64,000 nucleotides of DNA from Candidatus Omnitrophota bacterium (lineage in GTDB: Bacteria; Omnitrophota; Gorgyraeia; Gygaellales; Profunditerraquicolaceae): positions 656-64,655 of the forward strand of contig JAQUPI010000004.1 of the NCBI GenBank assembly GCA_028716705.1. Direction: 5' to 3'. Shown here piece by piece: positions 55,130-64,000 of the stretch. The notes beneath the pieces were generated by a model. That model was not told the origin of the DNA, did not search any database, and saw nothing but the letters and a program-made list of their open reading frames with translations. Positions within the stretch are counted from its first letter, which is position 1. The number at the start of each line of letters is the position of its first letter. Both the position numbers and the translations under genes were made by a program.

Positions 55130-57409
55130 TTAGTTCCCCAAACGCACTGACGCGCCTTCGTTATAATCTTCTTTTATCTGGTCTGCTGTGCGGGCATAGT
55201 TATAGGCACGCGCGTCGTCGATATTACCATTAAAATACCAACTACCCCCCGTATGACGCCCAATATTAAATGCGGAGCCGGTATCTACAGAGTTTGTGTT
55301 TCCCGAGGCATACCCGGAACTCTGGACTTGTTTTCCATCCAGATAAACAGCGATATTATTGTCTCTATCAAAAACGCAGGCGCCGTGATGCCAACTTCCC
55401 GTAGTTGGAATAGAGCCGGCTACATGCTGATTAGTGCCGCCTGCTGCTTGGATCGAACAAGTAAAATAATTACTGCTATTTATCTCCATGCCATATCCCG
55501 TAGATCCTGCAGACCCCTTATTAATAATACTTTTCCATTCCGCCGGAAGAGAAGATAAATAAAACCAGGCAGAAAGGGAAAAATCTCCTACACCAAAATC
55601 GAGCGCGCCGGTTCCGGGATCACCGACATTCACATAATCACTGGTCCCGTTAAAGCTCAAGGCTCCGCCGTATTTTCCTGTAGTCCAAGCGATATTTGAG
55701 CCTGCCCCTGAACCGTTATTGCCCTGGCCGGAGCTGTCCTTAATATTGCCAGACCCCACCGCCGAGCCGCTGGTCGCCTCGTCCATATTCCAGTGCCCTA
55801 CCGGCTTGCCTTTATTATAATCCCACGCAATTTGGGCCGGTGTGCGGACGTAATCGTAAATACGGACGTCATCAATTAAGCCTTTAAAGGCATTGTTCGC
55901 CAAGCTAAAGCTTATGGATGTTATCGGATCTATATCGTGCAGGCTGGACTGTTGTGTTACGTTATACGGCACTCCATTGACATAAAGCTTTGCGGTGTTT
56001 GTATTAGCCGGGTCAGTATAAGTCAAAGCCAGGTGATACCAGGTATTGATTGAAGGGAGCCAATTTATTAGATCGGCCGTTCCCTCAAAATAAAAATAAT
56101 TATTAGCATAATGTTGGTAAAAATTACTGAATAAATAATTTCTATCCCCTTTAACGCTTGCCTGTTCTGTGATATAAACCCAGGCTTCCTGTGTTCTTGC
56201 GGTACTGATAGAGGAAACACTGACGTAATCTCCGTCTCCATCAAAACTTAAGGCGTTTCCGTGTTTGCCGTGTGCCCAGGCGGCGTTAGAGACCGTCCCG
56301 TTATTGCTGTTTCCCGAGCGGTCATAGGCAATTGTTCCGCTGTTTTCATCAAAGCTCCACCAGGCGATCGGAGGATTGCCTCCCCAGGGATCATACGTTC
56401 CCGAAGATGAACTGCCCAAATGGACAGATGATCCGGAATCATATTCCATATTAATTTCATCAACAGTGAGCGCCCTGTTGTAAATCTTTAATTCGTCGAT
56501 CAGGCCCTTAAAATAATCTGTCGGATTACCGTTGGCACCGCCGTTGTTATTCCTGCCGATCTGGGTCCACCCATCTCCGCCCAGGTTTCCGCTCTGGGCC
56601 ATGGAGTTATCGAATACTCCGTTGACGTATAGGCGAGTATAAGATCCGTCGTAAACAACTGCGACATGCGTCCATTGGTTCAGCGGGATGTTGATATTCC
56701 CGGTTACGTTTTGCCAGCCGGGAGCAAGAATTGCCGCATAAAGCCTATTTCCGGTTAAACGAATGTGTAATGGCCCGTTCTTGGTAATGATCGTGCCGGT
56801 TCCGCTTTCAGGATAGACCCAGGCGGTGATAGTTAATTTGTTTCCGGAAATCTCGGAAAGAGCCGGAGCGGCGGAACCTAAATTAACGTAATCATCATAT
56901 CCGTCGAATTTCATGGCCGAGCCGTATTTTCCGGAAGCCGACAAAGTCGCCATGCCGGTATTTTTATAAATATGGTAATTATGGCCAGCGGCAAACCCGG
57001 TTAGAGCGGCAGAAAGATAAATACTTTTATCGTTCTGCCCGCTTGCAACCACAAAGTCGGTAACAGTAGCGGTCTGGCCCTGGGCAGGGCCGCTGGTTGC
57101 TTCAAAGGTCCATCCATTATAATAATCATTGGAATAACTTAATTGCCAGTCAGGGGCGGTTTCTTTGACTATGGTTGTAGTGGTACCCGTATCCGCAGTT
57201 CCATAATCTCCCCAGCTGCGGCTGCCGTGATTGTTACCGCTTTTATCATAAACCGTGGTTCCGCTTGTCTCTTCAAAATCCCAATAAGCTACAGGCGCGG
57301 CTCCTTTCGCGCCTGAGCCGAGAATAAACTCAGCAAAAACGGATCCGGTAGATAAAAAACAGAGCATAAAAACTACGGTTATAGATGTCGCTAATTTTGT
57401 TTTGTTCAT
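55130..57409 (-). CDS. secreted protein with three LamG-like (concanavalin-A-like lectin, Laminin_G_3-type) domains
   Basis: Signal peptide plus three occurrences of the YWxFDE-SGT-YDxSGNxNNG signature (VAYWDFEETSGTTVYDKSGNNHG, IAWWSFDENSGTIAYDRSGNSNNG, VGHWNMDEATSGSAVGSG...GQGNNG). Confidence 0.7.
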   Translation of the reverse strand: MNKTKLATSITVVFMLCFLSTGSVFAEFILGSGAKGAAPVAYWDFEETSGTTVYDKSGNNHGSRSWGDYGTADTGTTTTIVKETAPDWQLSYSNDYYNGWTFEATSGPAQGQTATVTDFVVASGQNDKSIYLSAALTGFAAGHNYHIYKNTGMATLSASGKYGSAMKFDGYDDYVNLGSAAPALSEISGNKLTITAWVYPESGTGTIITKNGPLHIRLTGNRLYAAILAPGWQNVTGNINIPLNQWTHVAVVYDGSYTRLYVNGVFDNSMAQSGNLGGDGWTQIGRNNNGGANGNPTDYFKGLIDELKIYNRALTVDEINMEYDSGSSVHLGSSSSGTYDPWGGNPPIAWWSFDENSGTIAYDRSGNSNNGTVSNAAWAHGKHGNALSFDGDGDYVSVSSISTARTQEAWVYITEQASVKGDRNYLFSNFYQHYANNYFYFEGTADLINWLPSINTWYHLALTYTDPANTNTAKLYVNGVPYNVTQQSSLHDIDPITSISFSLANNAFKGLIDDVRIYDYVRTPAQIAWDYNKGKPVGHWNMDEATSGSAVGSGNIKDSSGQGNNGSGAGSNIAWTTGKYGGALSFNGTSDYVNVGDPGTGALDFGVGDFSLSAWFYLSSLPAEWKSIINKGSAGSTGYGMEINSSNYFTCSIQAAGGTNQHVAGSIPTTGSWHHGACVFDRDNNIAVYLDGKQVQSSGYASGNTNSVDTGSAFNIGRHTGGSWYFNGNIDDARAYNYARTADQIKEDYNEGASVRLGN

Positions 57410-57440
57410 ATCAGCAGGTGCCCTACTTCCGCTTGCAACT

Positions 57441-60400
57441 TTATTGCATCATTACGATCACTTCCACCACGCCCACGTCTTTTTCAAGCTTTGTAAGCGC
57501 TTTTCCGATGACTGTGCCTTGAGGCGGATTTTTTCCTGCCTTCATGGCATGGCCCGGAGTGGAAGAAGACACCAAGAGGTCTCCGGGCTTGATCGCACCA
57601 TTTTCCGAAGTTACTTTACAAGGGACTATGCCGCTTAAAACTACAGGGGCGGCGTTTTCCAGGTCGTCGCGTAATATTTGCGCCGGGTTAGTGGAAATTA
57701 TCCCCACGACGCTGGTAGCAAAAGCCGAATTTGAACGCTTTATGCCTCCCTGCTCATCGATCACTACTACATCTCCGGGTTCCGGTATAGCAAATAACAT
57801 TTGCGCGTTGGCCACGATAGCCGGATTCAATACGCAGGAAGCAAGGGGCACCATTTCCGCTAAGTCCCCGAGCGAACCCTGCCTGATGCGCCCGGTCAAT
57901 TTAATGTGCCCCTCAATATCCAATTTTTCCGAGGGATTGGTCCTGCCTATTCCTATATTACCGTTTTGCACCAATAAATGGCCGCCGTTTATCTCTAATT
58001 TCGCTCCAGGAGTCGACGTGCCGATGCCTACATTACCTGACATGACATAAACAGGGCTTGATCCCACCCAGGCGTCATCGGTAGTGTCTTTCGCGGCAGT
58101 ATAGCCGGTGGCGATGGAATTTGCCTGCCAGGTGCCGGTGCCGATCGTTCCTAAGGTTGTGATACTGGTTGATCCGGCCCAGGTGGAAAGAGCGGTATTT
58201 TCAACATTGCTTAAGCCAACGTCCGATTTGGTCACGGCTGACCAGCTCGGGGTTGCCGCTCCGGTGGATTTCAAGAAACCGCTTGCGCCGCCGAGACGCG
58301 TAGGCGCGCCGGCAGTACCGCCGTAAATAATATCTCCCGCGGTTGTCATGGGGTTGCTCATATAAGAACTGGTATCAACGGAAAGGGTCCCGTCGCCGCC
58401 AGAGGTCTTGACAAAACCATTGGAGGTCAAATTCGAGAGTTTAGGAGTATTAAGAGATGTGGCAATTCTCGCGGTCCCATTAACATCAAGTTTATAGATG
58501 GGGCTTGTCGTGCCTATGCCGACGTTGCCGGAATCTCTCCCGATCGCTATTCCCAACAATTCAGCGCTGTCGCTTATCGTTACAATTTTGAACAGGCTCG
58601 GCGTATCATCAAAATACACCCTTGCGCCCCAATTACTAGCCGTGGGATCCTCGAAACGGATACCGACCTGATTACCCGCCCCCACCTTGCTGATCTCTAT
58701 TTTGTCTCTGGGTGCGGTAGTTCCGATACCGACGTTGCCGTTATTATTAATCCTCACTTTAGCCGGACCGGTATCGGCAACCTCAAAATCTATTGCATTT
58801 ACACCTCCGCCGCTGCGAATTACGAAATGATTACTGTCTCCGGTTAATTCTCCGGTATTAGCAATGATGTTTCCATTGACATGTAATTTTCCCGAGGTGC
58901 TTGATGTGCCGATGCCCACGTTGCCGGTACCGGATAGAGAATAGAGGTTACCGTTATTTATGGAAATATTATCCGGGACCTCTGCGTCTGAGTCCGGCTG
59001 GTCGTCATCGGTTGAAGTAAAGGCCATCGTGCCTAAGGCGCGGGTGCTCAAATTCCCGCTGCCATCGGTCATTATGGCGGTAGTCTGGCTGCCAGAGCCT
59101 AGGCCTACGATCGAAAGCCTTGAAAGCGGATTGGTAGCGCCGATGCCGACGTTGCCGTTCGATGAAATAGCAATACCCGCTGTATCAGTAGTCCCTCTTT
59201 GCATCAACCACGTATCGCCCGAAGTTATCCAGGAACGGCCCGTAGCTCCTGCCCCTCTATATAGCGTTAATCCGCCTACGTTAGTAGCATCTGTCTTAAT
59301 TTCTAGTTTTCCGTATTGTGGATTTGTCGTGCCGATGCCGACGTTGCCGTTAGCATCAATTCTCATTCTTTCGATCGCGGAATTTACATAAAACGATAAT
59401 CTGTTGCCGCCGCTGCTATCTCCCTCAATTCTAGCGTTTGTGGCAGTACCGATCCCCCAACCATTGATAGCGGTAAATGGCGCATACTGAGCACGGTTAG
59501 TTAAATCCAAAGTAGCAAGAGGCTGAATGGAACCAATTGTATTTACCGCTTCCAATGACTGATCGTTGTTCATCCTTATATTACCATCCGCTACATGTAA
59601 CTTCGCCCCCGGACCAGTTATCCCGATGCCGACATTGCCTGAAGTGGTGTAGACATTGCCCGTGCCTGTCCAGCTATCATCAGTGGTGTCTTTGGCGGCG
59701 GTGTAGCCGGTGGCGATGGAATTTGCCTGCCAGGTGCCCGTCCCAATAGTCCCTAAAGTGGTGATGCTGGCCGATCCTGTCCAGGTTGAAAGAGCGGTGT
59801 TCTCAACATTGCTTAAGCCGACATCGGATTTGGTTACCGCCGACCAGGTCGGAGCCGCTGCTCCGGTGGATTTCAGGAAACCGCTTGCGCCGCCGAGACG
59901 CGTAGCTGCTCCGCCGGATCCTCCGTAAATTATATCTCCAAGATTGGTCATCGGATTAGCAAAACCGGAAACAGGCCAACTGGTCTGGGTAACCCCTCCT
60001 AAGCGTATGCCGCCTGAACCCACATCCAAAGCTGCCAGAGGGTTAGTGGTGCCGATGCCGACGTTACCGGCTGATGTAATGGCCATTCGAATAAGATTGT
60101 TTCCGGTCATAGGAACGGAGCTGCTGGAAGCGCCGGTATAAAAGATTACGCCTCCTGTACTGGAGTGGGCGCCCATTGCAAGATCGTTACTTGCGCCGCC
60201 ATTCAGAATATTTGAATGTTGCATAAAAGGAAGGTTAGTTTCAGAAGTTGTGGCGGTCTTTCCCAGCAGGATCCGGGCTGATGAGTTTGCTATTGAATCG
60301 CCGATCTGCAGCAATGCGCCCGTGATATTTCCCGGGTTGGTTGTCCCGATGCCGACGTTGCCGGTGCCGGATAGAGAATAAAGGTTGCCGTTATTAATGG

Positions 60401-63400
60401 AAATATTATCCGGAACTTCAGCATCTGAATCCGGCTGGTCGTCATCGGTTGAAGTAAATGCCATCGTGCCTAATGCGCGGGTGCTTAAATTTCCGCTGCC
60501 ATCGGTCATTATGGCGGTAGTCTCTGAAGCGCCGGAAAGCCCGGCAAGACGGACACTTCCAGTAGTATGTAACTGCGCCGCGGGGCTCGCCGTACCGATA
60601 CCTGCGTTGCCGTTGCCCAGAATAGTCATAGCTTCTACGCGGCCTGCCCAGTTATTTTGCAACGATGTAAGGAATCTTATCGCCTGCGAAGTACCCGTAG
60701 GATCGGCAGCCAGGTACAGCTCTTCGCTGCCCGCAGAAACATTGGTATCAATTGCGCCGGCGCTTTCGCCGCCGCCCATGATCACCGGACCTCCGCCATC
60801 TATCAACAAGCGCAGGCCGTTTACGTCAGAACTGGTTGCGCGCAGGACCGTCCTGGTTACAGGACCGGTCGAGTTCTTGATCACGATGCCGCCATTATCC
60901 AAATACAGGTTGCCTACTACATGAAGTTTTTCCGAAGGAGTCGTAGTGCCGATCCCGACACTGCCCGAAACCGATAATCCGTTTGCAGAGGCGGCGCTTC
61001 CGGTTGAATAACCGATAGAAGCGTTTCCGTTGACTTGGAATTTCGTCCCCGGCAGAGTTGTGAGATTGACGCCTACATTGCCGTTGGAGAAAATATCCAG
61101 GTTTTCGTTCGCGGCGTATCCCAGGAACATCCTGTTCTCTCCGGACCCGCTCCAACCGATACTTCCAAGCGCAGCAGTCCCTCCTTGACCAAGCGAGATA
61201 TACGGCCCATTGGCCGCGAAGATATTCAATTTTGCCTGGGGATTTGTGGTCCCTAAACCGACATTTCCCGAAAGCATATTGATCCTTACTCTTTCGCTTA
61301 CTCCGTCCATAAATCTCCACGACCTGTTCCCGGTACCGGACCCTACAAATTCAATATCTTCCGCGGTTGTATGCCCTATCCACCATGCGTTGTCCGTATT
61401 CTTTAAATAAAGCACGCCGCCGTTGTTGGCATTGCCGTTGCCTGTCACGCCTCCATCTACTCCTACGCCGCCTCCGGCAAGATGCAATTTCCTTCCGGTA
61501 GCCGGACTGGTCGTGCCGATGCCGACACTGCCTTCCCGGGTAAACGCGGCAATTTCTGAACTGTCATCGTTATCCCTGATTAAAAGCGCGCCTAATCCCG
61601 AGGCGCCCACAGTCCCGTCGTAGTGAAGGCGGATACCTGCCGTAGCATTTTCAAGGAATCTTATGTTGCCGCTGTTTGACTGGTTTTCTGTAGCTGCCCG
61701 GATATTGATGCCTTTGCCGTTCCCGTATACTTCCAATAGATCACCCGGAGCCGTTGTCCCTATACCAACATTGCCTCCGAATATGCCTGCGCCCGATATC
61801 CTGATGTTCCCGGTCTGCTGCGTCCCGGGGGTAGAACCCTGGAGCTGCACATAGTTTGCGCTTCCGGAGATAGGGGCAAATCTTGTATCCAAATCTGTCG
61901 TACCTATGCCGGTAAGATGGCCCATGGTATCCAAGGTAATATCCTGGACGACCGTGCCGTTGGAGTTATCGGAGTTTGCCTGGCTTGAGGTGTCGGTATG
62001 GGCTACGGCATCCGCAGTGACGGTGATGCCTGTGCCGGCGCCTACGGATATGGTGTTTCCGGTTGAGGTAAGGCCGTCTCCCCAGGTATAGGCAGCAGCT
62101 CCGGTAAACTGGGTAAAGGCCAGGCCGGTGGAGTTCAATATGATGGGGGCGTTAGTGCTCATCACCCATGCGGTGTCCGCGTTGGCTGTACCTTCCTCGA
62201 TGAAGACAGCGGCCTGCAGGACCTCGGCGGAATTATCAGCATCCGTTGCCCTTGTGGGCGCTCCGGTGGCATTGACGGTATAAATACCGTTCTCGGCCTG
62301 GCTGGCCTGGTTCTTGACGAGGATGCGGTCGCCTGTGGCTAAGGTTACTCCGTCTATGGCGTCGCCGTTCTCAAAGCTTGAGGCTAAGGTTCCGGAGCCG
62401 GTGGTTGAGGCCCTGACGGATTGTTTCCATTTAAGGCCGGCTATAGAGTTATCTATGTAGCTCTTGGCAGCGGCCTGGGACGGGATACGGGTGTTGGAGT
62501 TTGCGGCCAAAGTTGTATCCGTGTCCACGACGTTGGCGGCAAAGTCAGCGGTCTCAAGGTTTGAGATGGAGTTACCCGTGCCGTTGGCGTCAATGGTCTT
62601 GTTGGTGAAGGTATTGGTGGAACCGGCGGTCACATAGTCGGTGCCGGCGACAGCGTTAGAAAATCCTCCCGCTCCGTTACCTTTTAATATAGCGCTGCCG
62701 CTGGTGGCGGGTGCGTAGTCAGTGCCGGAAACCGCGCTGGAGAACCCTCCTGCCGCGTTACCTTTGAGTATTGCGCTTCCGCTTGTGGCAGGGGCGTAGT
62801 CAGTACCCGAGACGGCGCCGGAAAGCGCTCCGGAGGCGGCTTTAAGTATACCGTTAAGCGTTGTTCCTATGCTGGTAAGGCTGGATAGGCTTGAGACTGA
62901 CGGGACAACGTAGTCAGTGCCGGAGACGGCGGTAGAGAATCCTCCCGCTCCGTTACCTTTTAATATAGCGCTGCCGCTTGTGGCGGGTGCGTAGTCAGTG
63001 CCGGAGACGGCGCTGGAGAATCCTCCTGCCCCGTTACCTTTTAATATAGCGCTGCCGCTTGTGGCGGGTGCAAAATCAGTGCCCGCGGAAGCTATCGTCA
63101 AAACCCCTGTGCCATTCGTATTCTTAAGCAATCCGGTTGCTAATCCGGACAAAGCTTGTTCAGCCGTCAGCGTCGGGTCAGTTGTCTGAGTAATATAGGT
63201 AGCGTCAATGACCCCGGAAGGCCAGCTGGTGCGGGTAGTCCCGCCTAAACGTATGCCGCCTGAACCCATATCCAGGGCAGCCAAAGGATTGGTAGTACCG
63301 ATGCCGACGTTGCCGGCACTTTCTATGGTCATTCTCGGGCTGGATAAAGCTATATTGTCTCCGGTCCAGAAACTGATCTTATCGTAAGAACTCATCCTCA

Positions 63401-64000
63401 GGTCCCATCTCGTAGCTGAATCATAGCCGAACCTGAAACCCTGTCTTGAAGGGGAGATAGCGTCTCCAACCGTAAAATTATAAAATGTGTTTGTGGCGTG
63501 GTTAATACCGTCGATCGTTATGACGTCTTCGTTATTTGTATTTGGTTTGATATGTAATTTGCTTAATGGATTTGTCCTGCCGATGCCGATATTACCCACA
63601 TTCGCCATAACGTTAGCATTGCCATCCAGAGAACCTGTCAACTTGCCCTTTGATATTTCAAAAGCGGGGCTCGCAGTAGCGCTGCCCTGCAATCTGGCTA
63701 CTTCAACCTGGTTTCCGCCGCTGTCTCCGGCTTTAAGAACCAGGGCATTGGCTTCTCCCGGATTGGATGTCCGCGCCCTGGCGGTGATCACGCCCGTCCC
63801 AGCGTACCAAAAATCGAGCGTCCCCGCATATAACAGGCTGGATCCGGTATTCAACCCCGCAAAAGCGCTATCCGCGGCATTCCTTAACTGCATTTCAGAG
63901 GAAGCGCCTTCTTTAAACATCATGTTGGCGGTCCGGAATTTTATGCCCCTGACATCGCCGTTCACATCCAGGGCAAATCCCGGAAGTGTCGTTCCGATGC
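57441..64000 (-). CDS. second giant beta-strand repeat protein, paralog of 48408..55040 (C-terminal more than 2170 aa; N-terminus beyond window end)
   Basis: The same GNVGIGTTNP...LDV repeat occurs about 17 times and it shares long modules with the first giant gene. There is a distinct non-repeat C-terminal domain of about 150 aa. The ORF is open to the window edge. Confidence 0.8.
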   Translation of the reverse strand, partial: IGTTLPGFALDVNGDVRGIKFRTANMMFKEGASSEMQLRNAADSAFAGLNTGSSLLYAGTLDFWYAGTGVITARARTSNPGEANALVLKAGDSGGNQVEVARLQGSATASPAFEISKGKLTGSLDGNANVMANVGNIGIGRTNPLSKLHIKPNTNNEDVITIDGINHATNTFYNFTVGDAISPSRQGFRFGYDSATRWDLRMSSYDKISFWTGDNIALSSPRMTIESAGNVGIGTTNPLAALDMGSGGIRLGGTTRTSWPSGVIDATYITQTTDPTLTAEQALSGLATGLLKNTNGTGVLTIASAGTDFAPATSGSAILKGNGAGGFSSAVSGTDYAPATSGSAILKGNGAGGFSTAVSGTDYVVPSVSSLSSLTSIGTTLNGILKAASGALSGAVSGTDYAPATSGSAILKGNAAGGFSSAVSGTDYAPATSGSAILKGNGAGGFSNAVAGTDYVTAGSTNTFTNKTIDANGTGNSISNLETADFAANVVDTDTTLAANSNTRIPSQAAAKSYIDNSIAGLKWKQSVRASTTGSGTLASSFENGDAIDGVTLATGDRILVKNQASQAENGIYTVNATGAPTRATDADNSAEVLQAAVFIEEGTANADTAWVMSTNAPIILNSTGLAFTQFTGAAAYTWGDGLTSTGNTISVGAGTGITVTADAVAHTDTSSQANSDNSNGTVVQDITLDTMGHLTGIGTTDLDTRFAPISGSANYVQLQGSTPGTQQTGNIRISGAGIFGGNVGIGTTAPGDLLEVYGNGKGINIRAATENQSNSGNIRFLENATAGIRLHYDGTVGASGLGALLIRDNDDSSEIAAFTREGSVGIGTTSPATGRKLHLAGGGVGVDGGVTGNGNANNGGVLYLKNTDNAWWIGHTTAEDIEFVGSGTGNRSWRFMDGVSERVRINMLSGNVGLGTTNPQAKLNIFAANGPYISLGQGGTAALGSIGWSGSGENRMFLGYAANENLDIFSNGNVGVNLTTLPGTKFQVNGNASIGYSTGSAASANGLSVSGSVGIGTTTPSEKLHVVGNLYLDNGGIVIKNSTGPVTRTVLRATSSDVNGLRLLIDGGGPVIMGGGESAGAIDTNVSAGSEELYLAADPTGTSQAIRFLTSLQNNWAGRVEAMTILGNGNAGIGTASPAAQLHTTGSVRLAGLSGASETTAIMTDGSGNLSTRALGTMAFTSTDDDQPDSDAEVPDNISINNGNLYSLSGTGNVGIGTTNPGNITGALLQIGDSIANSSARILLGKTATTSETNLPFMQHSNILNGGASNDLAMGAHSSTGGVIFYTGASSSSVPMTGNNLIRMAITSAGNVGIGTTNPLAALDVGSGGIRLGGVTQTSWPVSGFANPMTNLGDIIYGGSGGAATRLGGASGFLKSTGAAAPTWSAVTKSDVGLSNVENTALSTWTGSASITTLGTIGTGTWQANSIATGYTAAKDTTDDSWTGTGNVYTTSGNVGIGITGPGAKLHVADGNIRMNNDQSLEAVNTIGSIQPLATLDLTNRAQYAPFTAINGWGIGTATNARIEGDSSGGNRLSFYVNSAIERMRIDANGNVGIGTTNPQYGKLEIKTDATNVGGLTLYRGAGATGRSWITSGDTWLMQRGTTDTAGIAISSNGNVGIGATNPLSRLSIVGLGSGSQTTAIMTDGSGNLSTRALGTMAFTSTDDDQPDSDAEVPDNISINNGNLYSLSGTGNVGIGTSSTSGKLHVNGNIIANTGELTGDSNHFVIRSGGGVNAIDFEVADTGPAKVRINNNGNVGIGTTAPRDKIEISKVGAGNQVGIRFEDPTASNWGARVYFDDTPSLFKIVTISDSAELLGIAIGRDSGNVGIGTTSPIYKLDVNGTARIATSLNTPKLSNLTSNGFVKTSGGDGTLSVDTSSYMSNPMTTAGDIIYGGTAGAPTRLGGASGFLKSTGAATPSWSAVTKSDVGLSNVENTALSTWAGSTSITTLGTIGTGTWQANSIATGYTAAKDTTDDAWVGSSPVYVMSGNVGIGTSTPGAKLEINGGHLLVQNGNIGIGRTNPSEKLDIEGHIKLTGRIRQGSLGDLAEMVPLASCVLNPAIVANAQMLFAIPEPGDVVVIDEQGGIKRSNSAFATSVVGIISTNPAQILRDDLENAAPVVLSGIVPCKVTSENGAIKPGDLLVSSSTPGHAMKAGKNPPQGTVIGKALTKLEKDVGVVEVIVMMQ

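Noticed and set aside
48900-63950. Recurrent CCGATGCCGACGTTGCC 17-mers scattered through both giant genes as a possible dispersed DNA repeat or REP element
   Set aside because: They are the coding sequence of the in-frame GNVGIGT peptide motif (minus strand). The periodicity is therefore protein-level repeat structure, not an extragenic repeat.

Overview
This 64 kb window is a gene-dense bacterial chromosomal segment, and every confident feature (about 60 CDS and 4 tRNAs) lies on the minus strand. The encoded functions indicate a Gram-negative-type, probably anaerobic organism. Fused LpxC-FabZ, LpxI, split transketolase, RtcB plus archease and the giant repeat proteins are reminiscent of Omnitrophota-like lineages, but that is inference only.

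Layout from left to right:
- 1-7.9 kb: a metal and Fe-S handling neighbourhood. It holds a partial ferredoxin, a DsrE-like protein, an MBL-fold hydrolase, a ZIP transporter, an IscU/NifU-like scaffold, two MinD-type ATPases with ferredoxin inserts, a SAM methyltransferase, a small RG-rich zinc-ribbon (DUF5320-like) protein, two NifX/NifB-type FeMo-cofactor-domain proteins, Fur, NikM/CbiM with a PDGLE tail, and NikR.
- 7.9-16.5 kb: a complete Pho regulon (phoU, arsC-like, pstB, pstB, pstA, pstC, pstS, an outer-membrane protein, phoR, phoB) with TTTTACA-type direct-repeat Pho boxes.
- 16.5-21.7 kb: tRNA-Ser, serS, rtcB, archease, tRNA-Lys, tRNA-Arg (followed by a duplicated tRNA 5-prime fragment) and a radical SAM gene.
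- 22-29 kb: the lipid A and outer-membrane block lpxI, lpxA, lpxC-fabZ, lpxD, skp, bamA.
- 29-38.8 kb: a Firmicutes-like syntenic housekeeping run: dnaB, rplI, rpsR, ssb, rpsF, pth, ctc, prs, glmU, tRNA-Gln, spoVG, ispE, split tkt.
- 38.8-46.5 kb: TPR proteins, hisG, two secreted hypotheticals, an O-antigen-ligase-like protein and a DsbA-like protein.
- 46.6-64 kb: an island of secreted or surface proteins. It has an ALK-like Gly-rich, Cys-rich protein, a 2210-aa beta-strand repeat protein with about 20 GNVGIGTTxP repeats, a triple LamG protein, and a second paralogous giant repeat protein running off the window edge.

Also present: two intrinsic terminators that share a near-identical 24-bp stem, and a 155-bp MITE-like element with 16-bp perfect terminal inverted repeats.
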